In this document: positions 17,775 to 28,740 of the stretch, piece by piece | Layout: each line of letters begins with the position of its first letter | Numbering within the stretch: the first letter of the stretch is position 1 | Source of the DNA: Candidatus Cloacimonadota bacterium | GTDB lineage: Bacteria > Cloacimonadota > Cloacimonadia > JGIOTU-2 | Reading direction: 5' to 3' | DNA: 64,000 nt | NCBI GenBank assembly: GCA_049903315.1 | Contig: JBNGBT010000002.1 | Span: 64,001-128,000, forward strand | Notes under the pieces: model-generated | What the model was told of the DNA's origin: nothing | What the model saw: only the letters and a program-made list of their open reading frames with translations | Databases searched by the model: none | Made by a program: the position numbers and the translations under genes

Positions 17775-19295
17775 ATGGTGCACGCAAGAAGTTTTTTAAA
17801 AGATCTTTCAGTTACGTTCATTATTCAGATTACTGTAACAATCACTGGAATAGTATTATTAAAGCTACTCTCTTCAATTCTTCCTGAAGAGGGATTAGGA
17901 ACATACTTAGTTATAAGGCGATTTGTTGCTCTCACATTTCCACTCATAACTCTAAATCTAAGTATGAGTCTTGCACGATTTATAAGTTTTAATCAAACAA
18001 AAGCGGGGATTTATTTTTTTACTTCGGTAGTATTATGTTTAAGTTTTTTTATATTATGGATTATTCTATTACCTTTTTATAAGGATCTTTTTTCACGTTT
18101 AATCTTTGGAGACATCAGATTTGATTCTCTAGTCTTGCCAACTATCATTTTCCTTTTTGCTAGTTCTTTTCAGTTTTTATGTGTTGGTCTTTTTAGAGGA
18201 TTACATGATTTTTTTGCCATGAATATAGTTAATATTCTTTTTTGGATTGAAGCTGTTATTGTCTTGATAATAATTCAATTTTTTCAAATTGATTTTATAC
18301 ATAAACTCATTTATTTTTTTATGTTCTACTCATGTATTTCTATACTTGTAAATTGCCTAATCATCTTGGCTCGAAAAAAAAATATTGAATTCAAAATACA
18401 CTTTTTACAAATGTCAAAAATACATTTAAAGAAGTTTCTGAGATCCAGTTTTCTTCATTATGGCGTAAAGAGATTACCATCGGGATTCCTCATTGCCGGA
18501 ATATTTTTTGTGCCGGTTTTTGCTGCGTCAAGCTCTATTTCATTAAAAGTGGCTGCCTATATGGGTATTATTATTTCAATAGTAAGAATGATTCAATTAC
18601 TTGGACTTCCCTTTAATTTATTGTTTTTACCTAAATTCTCTTTATTCCAATCTAAAGGGGATAGTGTCGCGATCAAAAAATATTCACAACTGGTAATAAA
18701 TTATATATTTACTTTACCATTGATTCTGGGATTGTTAGTATCATTCTTATCTAGAGAGATGATTTTGCTATGGGTAGGATCTAAATATCAAGTTGTAATT
18801 TTGTATATGCAAATCACCGGACCATTTTTAGTATTTTTCCTTAGCTATGTCATAATTAGGGGGATTTTGGACGGTATATCTAACTATCCATACGTAAATA
18901 TTATAACTCTAATTAGTTTCTTATGTATTGTTATTATCTCGGTACTGACAATTCTCTTTTCGTATGATATGATGGGGCTTACAGGTGCTTTTTGCTTTGG
19001 TTTAAGTGCACTTGGTATTTTTTCAATAGGTTTTCTAAAAAAAATACAAAATTTAACAATTGCTTCTACTAAGAATTTCATTGCTTCTTTATGGTTTCTT
19101 TTCTCTGCATTAATTCTCTTTCTGATTAATAAGTATTTAATATTTGATTCATTGATACTTTTATTCTCAATAAAATTATTTATTTCGCTAGTTATGATCA
19201 TAACATCAATCATTATATACAAATTTCTCAAATATGAATGGTTGACTGAAATTAAATCAAGACTCAGAATATTAAACCAAAACGGTGTAGTTTAA
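17775..19295 (+). CDS. Wzx-like oligosaccharide flippase
   Basis: About 500 aa with many TM segments; position within polysaccharide locus. Confidence 0.7.
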   Translation: MVHARSFLKDLSVTFIIQITVTITGIVLLKLLSSILPEEGLGTYLVIRRFVALTFPLITLNLSMSLARFISFNQTKAGIYFFTSVVLCLSFFILWIILLPFYKDLFSRLIFGDIRFDSLVLPTIIFLFASSFQFLCVGLFRGLHDFFAMNIVNILFWIEAVIVLIIIQFFQIDFIHKLIYFFMFYSCISILVNCLIILARKKNIEFKIHFLQMSKIHLKKFLRSSFLHYGVKRLPSGFLIAGIFFVPVFAASSSISLKVAAYMGIIISIVRMIQLLGLPFNLLFLPKFSLFQSKGDSVAIKKYSQLVINYIFTLPLILGLLVSFLSREMILLWVGSKYQVVILYMQITGPFLVFFLSYVIIRGILDGISNYPYVNIITLISFLCIVIISVLTILFSYDMMGLTGAFCFGLSALGIFSIGFLKKIQNLTIASTKNFIASLWFLFSALILFLINKYLIFDSLILLFSIKLFISLVMIITSIIIYKFLKYEWLTEIKSRLRILNQNGVV

Positions 19296-19296
19296 T

Positions 19297-20742
19297 ATGC
19301 AAAAAAGTGTAGACGCTGATAAGGTTCTCCTGCATATTTTAGCGATAAGCGCTATTGTATTTCTATTACTACCAACTACACAAATTACCCAGTTTGCCCT
19401 TAGTTTAATAGTAATGCTGATAGTTTATGAAATCATTATTTTTCGAAAAAGAGAAATATATGGATTTACTGGTTTAAGGTTCATTTCACTACCTTCTTTG
19501 ATTCTTTTATCATTTACACTTTTCATCGCAATTCCCGGGGTGTATATTGCAAGTATTAAAACGTCACCTATACGCTATTCATATTTCGCATCAATATTGC
19601 TTTTCTATATTCTTTATCCTGCAGGATTACTTTTCGGTGATTCATATAAGAAGATCGAAATTAGTAAAGTTTCAAAACTCAAAAACGAAGGTTTTATTAC
19701 TAGTGAATTTGATGAAAAATTTTACCAACTCCTAATATTCTTATTCATTTTTTGTTTACTAATATTTGCCTTGTATATTTCAAGAACCAAAGTTTTTCCT
19801 CTTTTTGAGTTAATTAGAAATCCTGGAGAATATTTGAAACTGAAATTTATGAGGGAAGAAGCTTTTAAATTACTAGATATAAGTTTCGTCGAACGATATC
19901 TTTTTCATTGGTTACGATCATTATTTTTTCCTTTTGGAATTGTAGGAAGTCTATATCTCGCAGCAAGTTACAGGAAATATAAATACTATATATTATTTAT
20001 GCTGTTTTTTTTCTCTGGATTAGTGATGAACAGTCTAACATTGGAAAAATCACTTACAGCCGGTATTTTTCTCTCGATTATGTCTTTACTATATTTAAAG
20101 AAAAAACAGTTCAGCGTAAGATTCATTATTGTGGCGTTTCTTTCTACTATGGCTTTTCCGGCGATCGTTGTTTATTATTTAAATTTTGGAAGGGAAGACA
20201 TGCTTACCGTTGTTCTTGGTTCATTTTTAAATCGAATTTTTCTTGTTCCAACAGAAACACTGTATCAGTATTTCAGAATATTTCCCGATGTTCATGAATT
20301 TATACTTGGCAAAGGCACACAACTATTTTCATGGCTCTATAATGAAGGACAATTTCCTTTAGCTAATTATGTGGGAAGAGTATGGTGGAAAAAACCCCAT
20401 ACAACAGGATTTGCAAATGTAAATTTTATTGGTAATTTTTGGGCAGATTTTGGATGGATAGGTGTGATAATATCTATTTTTTTAGTTGGATTCTTAGTAC
20501 ATCTGTTTTATAGGCAAATTTTAGTAACTTCAAATTATCATAAAAATTTCATTTACGTTGTTTTCATATCAAGTATAACGACTATCTTTACAATAAACTT
20601 TTTAAGTTCAAATTTTACTACGTTATTTATTTCTAGAGGATTGATTCTTATGATCTTTTTGTTAGTGTACATATCTTCAATGAAAAGAAAATCAGCATCT
20701 TTATGGATAAAAAATTATAGTGGATTATTGGAGAATAATTGA
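19297..20742 (+). CDS. Wzy-like O-antigen/polysaccharide polymerase
   Basis: Multi-TM protein with late loop and 'WADFGWIG' motif typical of Wzy. Confidence 0.7.
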   Translation: MQKSVDADKVLLHILAISAIVFLLLPTTQITQFALSLIVMLIVYEIIIFRKREIYGFTGLRFISLPSLILLSFTLFIAIPGVYIASIKTSPIRYSYFASILLFYILYPAGLLFGDSYKKIEISKVSKLKNEGFITSEFDEKFYQLLIFLFIFCLLIFALYISRTKVFPLFELIRNPGEYLKLKFMREEAFKLLDISFVERYLFHWLRSLFFPFGIVGSLYLAASYRKYKYYILFMLFFFSGLVMNSLTLEKSLTAGIFLSIMSLLYLKKKQFSVRFIIVAFLSTMAFPAIVVYYLNFGREDMLTVVLGSFLNRIFLVPTETLYQYFRIFPDVHEFILGKGTQLFSWLYNEGQFPLANYVGRVWWKKPHTTGFANVNFIGNFWADFGWIGVIISIFLVGFLVHLFYRQILVTSNYHKNFIYVVFISSITTIFTINFLSSNFTTLFISRGLILMIFLLVYISSMKRKSASLWIKNYSGLLENN

Positions 20743-21830
20743 AAGAAATTTTTATAGCATCATCCGCGCATCCATGGAATGATCCCCGAGTATTTCTAAA
20801 AGAGGTAAGATCTTTAGCAAAAAAATATTCTGTCGAACTTCATGCTCCAGCAGAATTTAAATACAAAAAGATAGATAATCTTAAAATATATGGTTTACCC
20901 GAATGGAAAATTATCAAAGACAGAAAATTAAATAGAAAAATAATATTAAAAAGGGCTCTAAAAAAACGCAATTTTGTATTTCATTTCCATGATCCTGAAT
21001 TGATTCCAATAGCAATTGTTTTAAAACTATTACGCAAGGCGAAAATAGTATATGATGTCCATGAAGATGTACCAAGACAGATTTTAACAAAACCTTATAT
21101 AAATAAGAAAATTATTAAATTCGTTTCAAAAATCTTCGAAATCTTTGAATTCCTTACTTCTTATATTATGGATGCTCTTATTGTAACTACGATAGAAATA
21201 TATAATAGGTTTCGTATACAGAATATTGAAATTATCAGAAATTATCCACTTTTAAATGAGTTAAGTTTTCATAATAACTGGGAAGAGAAAAAGAACGAAA
21301 TTGTATATATTGGTTTGGTAATAAAATTTAGGGGTGCCCTAGAAATACTTCAGGCAGTCTCTGATCTCAATATAACTTTCAATCTAGCCGGGAAAATATT
21401 CCCCGATAGTTTCAAAAAAGAACTTGAGCAGTCACAAGGTTGGAAGAAAACAAAATATTGGGGATTTATTAATAGAGAACAGATTAATATGTTGTTGTCA
21501 AGATCGAAGATTGGAATGGTTATTTTAAGACCAGATAAATGTTATATGGAAATTCTTCCAGTTAAGATGTTCGAATACATGATTGCCGGTTTGCCAATTG
21601 TCGCGTCAAAATTTCCCAAAATTGAATCTATTATTAATAAACATAATTGTGGAATATGTGTCGATCCTATGGATATTGGATCTATTCGAGGTGCAATAAC
21701 TTACTTATTGGAAAATCCCGAGGTTTGTATGAAGATGGGTCAAAACGGACGACGGGCTGTTCTCGAAGAATATAATTGGAAGAATGAAGAGAAGAAGTTA
21801 TTTAAACTTTACAAACTTTTAATGTCATGA
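20739..21830 (+). CDS. Glycosyltransferase family 4
   Basis: HFHDPEL, YDVHED, PVKMFEYMIAGLPIVAS; TTG start. Confidence 0.88.
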   Translation: MKEIFIASSAHPWNDPRVFLKEVRSLAKKYSVELHAPAEFKYKKIDNLKIYGLPEWKIIKDRKLNRKIILKRALKKRNFVFHFHDPELIPIAIVLKLLRKAKIVYDVHEDVPRQILTKPYINKKIIKFVSKIFEIFEFLTSYIMDALIVTTIEIYNRFRIQNIEIIRNYPLLNELSFHNNWEEKKNEIVYIGLVIKFRGALEILQAVSDLNITFNLAGKIFPDSFKKELEQSQGWKKTKYWGFINREQINMLLSRSKIGMVILRPDKCYMEILPVKMFEYMIAGLPIVASKFPKIESIINKHNCGICVDPMDIGSIRGAITYLLENPEVCMKMGQNGRRAVLEEYNWKNEEKKLFKLYKLLMS

Positions 21831-21878
21831 AAATCTTATATAATAATTTAGAAAAGAAAATCTTATCTTGGAGGTTTC

Positions 21879-22958
21879 TTGAAGAAAATTAAATTTGCCT
21901 TAGTTGGTTGCGGAAGAATTTCCAGAAAACACATCGAGTCAATTAACGAATTGAAAAACGCTGAGCTAATCGCAGTTTGTGATATTGATTACAAAAAAGC
22001 TGAATTGGTTTCGAAACAATTTCCATTAGTAAACTCCTATGATAATTATAATAGTATGTTAGAAAATGAGACTATCGATGTTGTGAGTATTCTCACTCCA
22101 AGTGGTCTCCATCCCAAACATACAATTGATATAGTTAAAAAATACAAAAAGCACATTGTCTGTGAAAAACCGATGGCATTAAAACTTGAAGATGCGGATG
22201 AAATGATTCGTGTATGTGATGAAAACAGAGTGAGATTGTTTGTTGTGAAGCAGAATCGATTTAATATACCAGTTATTAAACTAAGAGAAGCAATAGATTC
22301 CGGAAAGTTTGGTAAAATTGTCATGGGTACAGTGAGAGTGAGGTGGTCTCGTAACCAACAATACTATGATCGAGATCCTTGGAGAGGTACATGGGAATTC
22401 GACGGAGGAGTTATATCGAATCAGGCATCTCATCATGTTGATTTACTTGAATGGATGTTAGGAGAACCGGTTTCTGTGTTTGCCAAAACCGATACTTTCC
22501 TTTCAGACATAGAGGTTGATGATACTGCTCTTGCGATTTTAAAATTTAAAAATGGTGCATTAGGTATAATTGAAGCAACTACTGCAACCCGACCAACAGA
22601 TCTAGAAGGTTCGATTTCAGTACTAGGAGAAAATGGAACTGTTGTAATTTCAGGTTTTGCAGTCAATGAAATGCAGACATGGAATTTTTCAAATGAAACT
22701 CCAGATGAACAACAAAAAATTCTAGCTAATTATAGAGAAAATCCACCAGATGTATACGGATTTGGGCATATAAGATATCTTGAAAATGTTATTGATTGTA
22801 TTATTAACGATAAAAGTGCGTTGGTAGATGGTCTCGAGGGCAGGAAATCTCTTGAATTGATTAATGCAATTTATGAGTCAGCTGAAACAGGGAAAGAAAT
22901 TTTTATGAAATTTACACCCCGGAAGTCAAAATTGGGTTTTAAAAATGGATCAAAATAG
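21879..22958 (+). CDS. Gfo/Idh/MocA oxidoreductase, WbpB/WlbA-like UDP-GlcNAcA 3-dehydrogenase
   Basis: VGCGRIS, TPSGLH, EKPMAL, VVKQNRFN, WRGTWEFDGG..NQASHHVD; TTG start with GGAGG SD. Confidence 0.85.
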   Translation: MKKIKFALVGCGRISRKHIESINELKNAELIAVCDIDYKKAELVSKQFPLVNSYDNYNSMLENETIDVVSILTPSGLHPKHTIDIVKKYKKHIVCEKPMALKLEDADEMIRVCDENRVRLFVVKQNRFNIPVIKLREAIDSGKFGKIVMGTVRVRWSRNQQYYDRDPWRGTWEFDGGVISNQASHHVDLLEWMLGEPVSVFAKTDTFLSDIEVDDTALAILKFKNGALGIIEATTATRPTDLEGSISVLGENGTVVISGFAVNEMQTWNFSNETPDEQQKILANYRENPPDVYGFGHIRYLENVIDCIINDKSALVDGLEGRKSLELINAIYESAETGKEIFMKFTPRKSKLGFKNGSK

Positions 22959-23583
22959 AATAAAAATTTATCCAAATGTAACTCTGGGTAAGAATGTGGA
23001 AATTGAAAGCTTTTGTATCATTGGAAAACCCTCCGTTAAAAATAAACAAGAGAATTCATTTTCCAATACTATAATCGGGGACAATGCAGTTATTAGAAGT
23101 CATACTGTCATATATGCGGGAAATAAAATAGGGAAGAACTTTAATACTGGGCATCATGTAGTTATTAGAGAAGATAATGAAATAGGTGATAATGTGAGCA
23201 TTGGCACGTTATCTTGTGTGGAGCATCATGTGATAATAGAGGATAATGTTCGAATTCATTCTCAGGCTTTCATTCCAGAATATACAGCGTTAAAGAAAGA
23301 TTGTTGGATCGGTCCCAATGTTGTAATAACTAATGCTAAATACCCTCGCAGCATTGATGTGAAGAACAACCTTCGTGGAGCTATCATCCAAGAGGGTGCC
23401 AAAATTGGAGCTAATGTCACAATACTTCCTGATATTGTTATAGGGAGTAACGCTTTAGTAGGTGCTGGAAGCATTGTTACCAAGAATGTTCCCGGAAAAA
23501 AAGTTGTGGTTGGAAATCCGGCGAAGATTATTTCTAATATTGAGCACATAAAAGAATATGATTTACCAAAGGAGAGAGAATGA
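22945..23583 (+). CDS. Hexapeptide-repeat N-acetyltransferase, WbpD/WlbB-like
   Basis: Left-handed beta-helix repeats, IGPNVVITN.KYPRS, VVVGNPAK. Confidence 0.82.
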   Translation: MDQNRIKIYPNVTLGKNVEIESFCIIGKPSVKNKQENSFSNTIIGDNAVIRSHTVIYAGNKIGKNFNTGHHVVIREDNEIGDNVSIGTLSCVEHHVIIEDNVRIHSQAFIPEYTALKKDCWIGPNVVITNAKYPRSIDVKNNLRGAIIQEGAKIGANVTILPDIVIGSNALVGAGSIVTKNVPGKKVVVGNPAKIISNIEHIKEYDLPKERE

Positions 23584-24680
23584 ATATCCCTTTTATGAAT
23601 TTAAATGATAGCCTCAATGAAATTAAAGAAGAAATTGTTAAAAAATTAGAGTACTTAATTGATAATACAAAATTTATTGGTGGCGAAGAAGTAGAGAATT
23701 TTGAAAAAGAATTTGCCGAGTTTTGTCAAACAAAGTATTCTGTGGGTTGTTCAAATGGCACCGATGCCTTGATATTAGCACTAAAAGCTTTAAATGTGAA
23801 GCCAAGCGAGACGGTTCTTGTTCCCGTTAATACTTTTATAGCAACTTCAGAAGCGGTTACTGCTGTAGGAGCAAATGTTGAATTCGTCGATGTTGAGGAG
23901 GAATATTATACTATCGATCCACTAAAGATAGAAGAAAAATTAAAGAGTTCGGGAAAAAAAATTTCTGCGATTATTGCGGTTCATCTCTATGGTCAAATGT
24001 CAAATATGCCCTTGATTAGCGAAATCGCTAAAAAGTATGGGGTGAAAGTTATTGAAGATTCTTCTCAAGCTCATGGCTCAAAGCTGAGAAATAATATGCC
24101 TGGCAAATGGGGAGATATAGCAACTTATTCTTTTTATCCCGGGAAAAATTTAGGTGCTTTTGGTGACGCAGGAGCTATTACGACGAACAATGAAGAATAT
24201 TATAAATACATTAAAATGATTGTAAATCACGGCAGGTGGAAAGAAAAATATACTCATTCAGTTGAGGGCTTCAATAAAAGGATTGATACTATTCAGGCTG
24301 CAATATTACGAATCAAACTTACGAAGCTTAATTCTTGGAATGAACTAAGGAGAGAGAAAGCTAGTATTTACCTCAAGAAGTTGGTAGATAAACAGTTGAT
24401 CCTTCCAAGGATAAGAGATGGAGCTTCACCTGTGTGGCATATATTTGCAGTTCGAAGTAATCACAGAGACGAATTAAAGGATTTTCTTAAAATGAAAGGG
24501 ATTTCTACTGGAATTCATTATCCGATACCATTGCACCTTCAACCTGCTTATAAATATAAAGGATATACAAAGGGTGACTTTCCTGTTTCCGAAAAGTGTG
24601 CTTTGGAGCAATTAAGTTTACCTTTCTGGCCCGAAATTTCTGAAGAACAGATAGAATTTATTGCTGATCTTCTTGAGTAA
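23580..24680 (+). CDS. DegT/DnrJ/EryC1/StrS sugar aminotransferase (WbpE/WlbC-like)
   Basis: NGTDAL, VHLYGQ, EDSSQAHG, SFYPGKNLGAFGDAG, IHYPIPLHLQ. Confidence 0.9.
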   Translation: MNIPFMNLNDSLNEIKEEIVKKLEYLIDNTKFIGGEEVENFEKEFAEFCQTKYSVGCSNGTDALILALKALNVKPSETVLVPVNTFIATSEAVTAVGANVEFVDVEEEYYTIDPLKIEEKLKSSGKKISAIIAVHLYGQMSNMPLISEIAKKYGVKVIEDSSQAHGSKLRNNMPGKWGDIATYSFYPGKNLGAFGDAGAITTNNEEYYKYIKMIVNHGRWKEKYTHSVEGFNKRIDTIQAAILRIKLTKLNSWNELRREKASIYLKKLVDKQLILPRIRDGASPVWHIFAVRSNHRDELKDFLKMKGISTGIHYPIPLHLQPAYKYKGYTKGDFPVSEKCALEQLSLPFWPEISEEQIEFIADLLE

Positions 24681-24817
24681 GCGGAATAAAGAGTTTTGCT
24701 TCTCAAAATACAATGGTGTAAATAGTATCTCAAATTATCCACCATTTATGAATTTTCAGTATGTTTTCAGTATATACTCAATCTTGGAACTTAAAAAATA
24801 GACTTGAGGATTAAACA

Positions 24818-26380
24818 GTGATAATTTCGAAATGTAAATTGTATCTCAATACCTTTAAATATATGAAACCAATCCAGATCTACTACAAGGTTTGGCTAAA
24901 ACTAAGTAGAAAATATTTAAATCACTTTGCGTTGAAATATAGATCAGTTAAGAATTTTAAGATTCCAGTATTGTATAAGCACACCAGCATTTTAGAAAAT
25001 ATCCAAAATTATTCAATATTCAATGAAAAAATCGATCTATCTCAAATTGACTGGAAAATGCGTTGTGAAGACGCACTCTTTCAATATCATCTTCATTATC
25101 ATGATTTTCTATCAAACCTTGAAGAAAAAAGCGGATTAAGAGTAATTCTTGATTGGATTGAGAAAAATCCTCCATCGAATTCCATCGCATGGGATCCATA
25201 TACAATCTCTTTAAGAGTGGTGAATTGGATAAAATTTATATCTCGTTATCATTTGATAAATCAAGTAGTTATCGATTCTTTGCTACTGCAAGGTATCTGG
25301 TTGTATTACCAAAGAGAATATCATCTCCTCTCAAACCATTTTTTCAAAAATATTGTAGCTCTTTTATATCTTGGTTATATTTTTGAGAATAAAAAATGGT
25401 ACCAATGGGCTTTCAGAAATTTTGAGAAACAGCTTGAAGAGCAATTGACAAATGAGGGATATCATTTTGAATTTTCGCCGACCTATCATGCTATTTTTGT
25501 AAAAGATCTTCTAGATATTTATAATCTAATTGTGAATAATGATACTCCATTTAAGAAACGAATGGTATCCAAATTAGAACTGGCAATTAGTAAATCTCTA
25601 TTTTGGCTACAATATTTTAGTTATAGTGGATCATATTTACCAATTAATGATGTGAATTATCAGGATGTTTCACGACCTAATGAGTTGATCAGAATAGCTG
25701 AAGAATTGGAAATACAACCAGTACAGAAATTAGTTTCATCTTGTTATCCTGTTTTGGAGAATAAAAACCTAAAGCTCATGGTGTTTTGCGCTCCATTCAA
25801 TCCATCGTACAATCCTTCACATTCTCATGCAGATATATTATCTATATTACTTTGGTTCAGAGGAAAGCCAATAGTTATTGATACGGGTAATTTCACATAT
25901 AAGGAATCGGCTGAGAGATCTTATTCAAGGTCTACAAGGGCTCATAATACTATTGAGATCAATTCAAAAGACCAGGCAGAAATGTGGAAGGCATTTCGGG
26001 TAGGAGATCGCAGTATAATTTCAGAAAAGGAAATTGCAGATATAAGTATTAGCTGTGAGTATCATTTTCATGACATAAGCCATCAACGCAAAGTTAAAAA
26101 ACAAGATGATGAATTTTTAATTTGTGATACCATTATAGGGAAGGGGACACATTCATTTAAAATGTACTATCATTTCTCCCCTGAATGTTCTGTTCACAGG
26201 ACAGAGAGGAAAATAATAATCGATGATCAAATAGTGATTCTTGTGCCGGATGAAAGAATTACAGTAGAGAAAACTTTGTTTTTTCCTGAAATGTATCAAA
26301 GGAAAGAGAAAAATACGATAGTAATTTCAGGTACTTTTGTAGACACAAAGATGTTAGAAACCAGAATTTACCTCCAATGA
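24818..26380 (+). CDS. Heparinase II/III-family (alginate lyase-like) protein
   Basis: WDPYTISLRVVNW, EYHLLSNH, HFEFSPTYH, HSHAD, DTG..Y, RSTRAHNT; GTG start. Confidence 0.85.
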   Translation: MIISKCKLYLNTFKYMKPIQIYYKVWLKLSRKYLNHFALKYRSVKNFKIPVLYKHTSILENIQNYSIFNEKIDLSQIDWKMRCEDALFQYHLHYHDFLSNLEEKSGLRVILDWIEKNPPSNSIAWDPYTISLRVVNWIKFISRYHLINQVVIDSLLLQGIWLYYQREYHLLSNHFFKNIVALLYLGYIFENKKWYQWAFRNFEKQLEEQLTNEGYHFEFSPTYHAIFVKDLLDIYNLIVNNDTPFKKRMVSKLELAISKSLFWLQYFSYSGSYLPINDVNYQDVSRPNELIRIAEELEIQPVQKLVSSCYPVLENKNLKLMVFCAPFNPSYNPSHSHADILSILLWFRGKPIVIDTGNFTYKESAERSYSRSTRAHNTIEINSKDQAEMWKAFRVGDRSIISEKEIADISISCEYHFHDISHQRKVKKQDDEFLICDTIIGKGTHSFKMYYHFSPECSVHRTERKIIIDDQIVILVPDERITVEKTLFFPEMYQRKEKNTIVISGTFVDTKMLETRIYLQ

Positions 26381-27621
26381 GAATCCTATACGTAACCCAG
26401 TATTTCCTGCCGGAAACCTGCGCGCCATCAAACAGAGCGTATTCGACTGTGAAACATCTCTCCGATGCAGGCCATCAAGTAGCCATACTCACAGAAATGC
26501 CAAATCATCCTAGAGGAATAATCTTTGATTCATATAAAAACAAAGTATTTGTTCATGAAAAAATGGATGGATTTGATGTTTTAAGAACCTGGGTTTATAC
26601 ATCACCTAAGAAGAATTTTGTTACAAGAATACTGTTTTATTCAACATTTATGATCAGCGGTATACTCACAGCATTACTGACATGGCGTAATTATGATATA
26701 ATATTTATCTCATCGCCGCCACTTTTTGTTGGTGGCATTGGACTAGTACTCAAAAGACTATTTCCAAGGATAAAATTTATATTCGAAGTGAGAGATCTCT
26801 GGCCTGATGTTGCGATCGAGATGGGTGAGCTTAGCAATCCTAAGTTCATTAAACTCAGCACAAAACTCGCAAATTCATGCTATGAGTTATCAAATAAAAT
26901 CATCTCTGTTACAAATTATTTCAAAGATGAAATAATAAAAAATGGTATTAAGGGTGAAAAAATACGGGTAGTGAGAAATGGAACTGATATACTGAACTGG
27001 AGTAGAGTAGAAGGTGTAGAGAATATCAGCAACAAATACAATCCTCATCATAAATTCGTTGTGATTTATGCAGGGAATCTGGGTCTTGCACAAGGAGTGG
27101 AAACGATATTACATGCAGCAGATAAGCTTAGGGATATTAATGATATTTTGTTTCTGATTATCGGGGATGGACCGGAGCGAGATAAACTGTATAAAATACA
27201 TAAAGAGAAGAAACTAGCAAATACTTCCTTCATTAAAGAACAATCAAGAGAAGATATTGCGAAGTATATATCAATAGCAGATTGTGGTGTGGTACCACTT
27301 ATCAAATCCAGTGTTTTTAAGGGGACGATTCCATCAAAACTTTTTGATTATTTGGCATGTGAGCTTCCAGTTTTACTCGGGGTTGATGGCGAGGCAAGAA
27401 CAATATTAGATGAAAGTCAAGCAGGATTATTCTTTGAACCTGAAGATTCCCATGATTTAGCTGAGAAAATTTTAACACTCAAAGAGAATCTTGAACTCAG
27501 AGCGATGGGGAGAATGGGAAGGAAATTTGTCGAACGTTTTTATAATAGGAAAATACTTGCACAGGAAATTGAAAAAATAATTTTGTACACTAATTTTGAA
27601 AAAAATGGAGAAGAGGTTTAA
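26377..27621 (+). CDS. Glycosyltransferase family 4 (WbuB-like)
   Basis: TQYFLPE, MPNHPRG, SSPPLF, EVRDLWP, YAGNLGLAQG, PSKLFDY. Confidence 0.88.
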   Translation: MRILYVTQYFLPETCAPSNRAYSTVKHLSDAGHQVAILTEMPNHPRGIIFDSYKNKVFVHEKMDGFDVLRTWVYTSPKKNFVTRILFYSTFMISGILTALLTWRNYDIIFISSPPLFVGGIGLVLKRLFPRIKFIFEVRDLWPDVAIEMGELSNPKFIKLSTKLANSCYELSNKIISVTNYFKDEIIKNGIKGEKIRVVRNGTDILNWSRVEGVENISNKYNPHHKFVVIYAGNLGLAQGVETILHAADKLRDINDILFLIIGDGPERDKLYKIHKEKKLANTSFIKEQSREDIAKYISIADCGVVPLIKSSVFKGTIPSKLFDYLACELPVLLGVDGEARTILDESQAGLFFEPEDSHDLAEKILTLKENLELRAMGRMGRKFVERFYNRKILAQEIEKIILYTNFEKNGEEV

Positions 27622-28598
27622 TGAACATTTTTATTACTGGTTCCAATGGATTTGTGGGTTCGAGGTTAATGTGGCATCTTGAAAACCTTGGACATAAAGT
27701 CTGTGGAATAGATAAGCGCGATGAATGCTTGGTGGAGAAACATCATCAAACAAAGAAAGGTGATATTCGTAATATTCATGATTTGCGCATCTTTGATCGG
27801 AATGATATTGACCTCATAATTCATTGTGCTGCGGATAAGCATGATTGGGGAATTTCTAAAGAAAGCTATTTTAGTAACAACGAGTATGGAACGGAAATTT
27901 TGATGCAATATGCGAGTGAAAGAAAAATCAACAAAGTTATTTATTATAGCACTGTTTCTGTGTATGGTCATGCATCGGTTCCATGTGATGAAAGTGGAGA
28001 AATTCATCCGGATAATGAATATGGGGAGAGTAAACTGGCTGGCGAAAAAGTTATTGAGAAATGGTTGAGTGAGGATGAAACAAGAGAAGGTATTTTTTTG
28101 CGTCCTACAATCATTTATGGTCCGTTCAATTATGCAAACATGTACAATCTGATCGATATGCAACACAAGAAGCCACTCTTTATGGTAGGGAATGGAAGTC
28201 ACATCAAATCAATAGTATCATTAGCAAATCTGGTTGATATGACAGTTTTTATAATTCCACAATTGAGGGATGGACTTCAGATATTTAATTGTATTGATAA
28301 ACCATATATTTCTCTTCATCGTTTGATGGAGATCATTGCAGATAACAAGGGATTTAGTATGCCTTTGATCGCAATCCCTCTCAAGCTTGCAGTAATTATA
28401 GGAAAATTCTTTGATATTATTGGAAAAATTGTGAAAAAAGATTTACCTATAAACAGTGATAGGCTGATGAAGCTTGCAACATCTACAGAATATCATTCGG
28501 AAAAAATCAGGGAACTTGGTTATATCCAAAAAAACACAATTGAATCCGAAATTAAAAGAACTACAGATTGGTATCTTAAAGAAGTAACAAGCCTATAG
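27621..28598 (+). CDS. NAD-dependent epimerase/dehydratase
   Basis: TGSNGFVG, YGESK, LRPTIIYGP. Confidence 0.85.
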   Translation: MNIFITGSNGFVGSRLMWHLENLGHKVCGIDKRDECLVEKHHQTKKGDIRNIHDLRIFDRNDIDLIIHCAADKHDWGISKESYFSNNEYGTEILMQYASERKINKVIYYSTVSVYGHASVPCDESGEIHPDNEYGESKLAGEKVIEKWLSEDETREGIFLRPTIIYGPFNYANMYNLIDMQHKKPLFMVGNGSHIKSIVSLANLVDMTVFIIPQLRDGLQIFNCIDKPYISLHRLMEIIADNKGFSMPLIAIPLKLAVIIGKFFDIIGKIVKKDLPINSDRLMKLATSTEYHSEKIRELGYIQKNTIESEIKRTTDWYLKEVTSL

Positions 28599-28740
28599 TA
28601 AATTAGTAATCCTCTTATAATAATCATATCATTATATCGCGTAAGTATAAATTTAGCACATATTGCTTACTAAACAAGAAAAAAACTTGCCTAAAAAACC
28701 GCATACAGGTCTTTGAAGTACTATTCATAAGGAGAATTGT

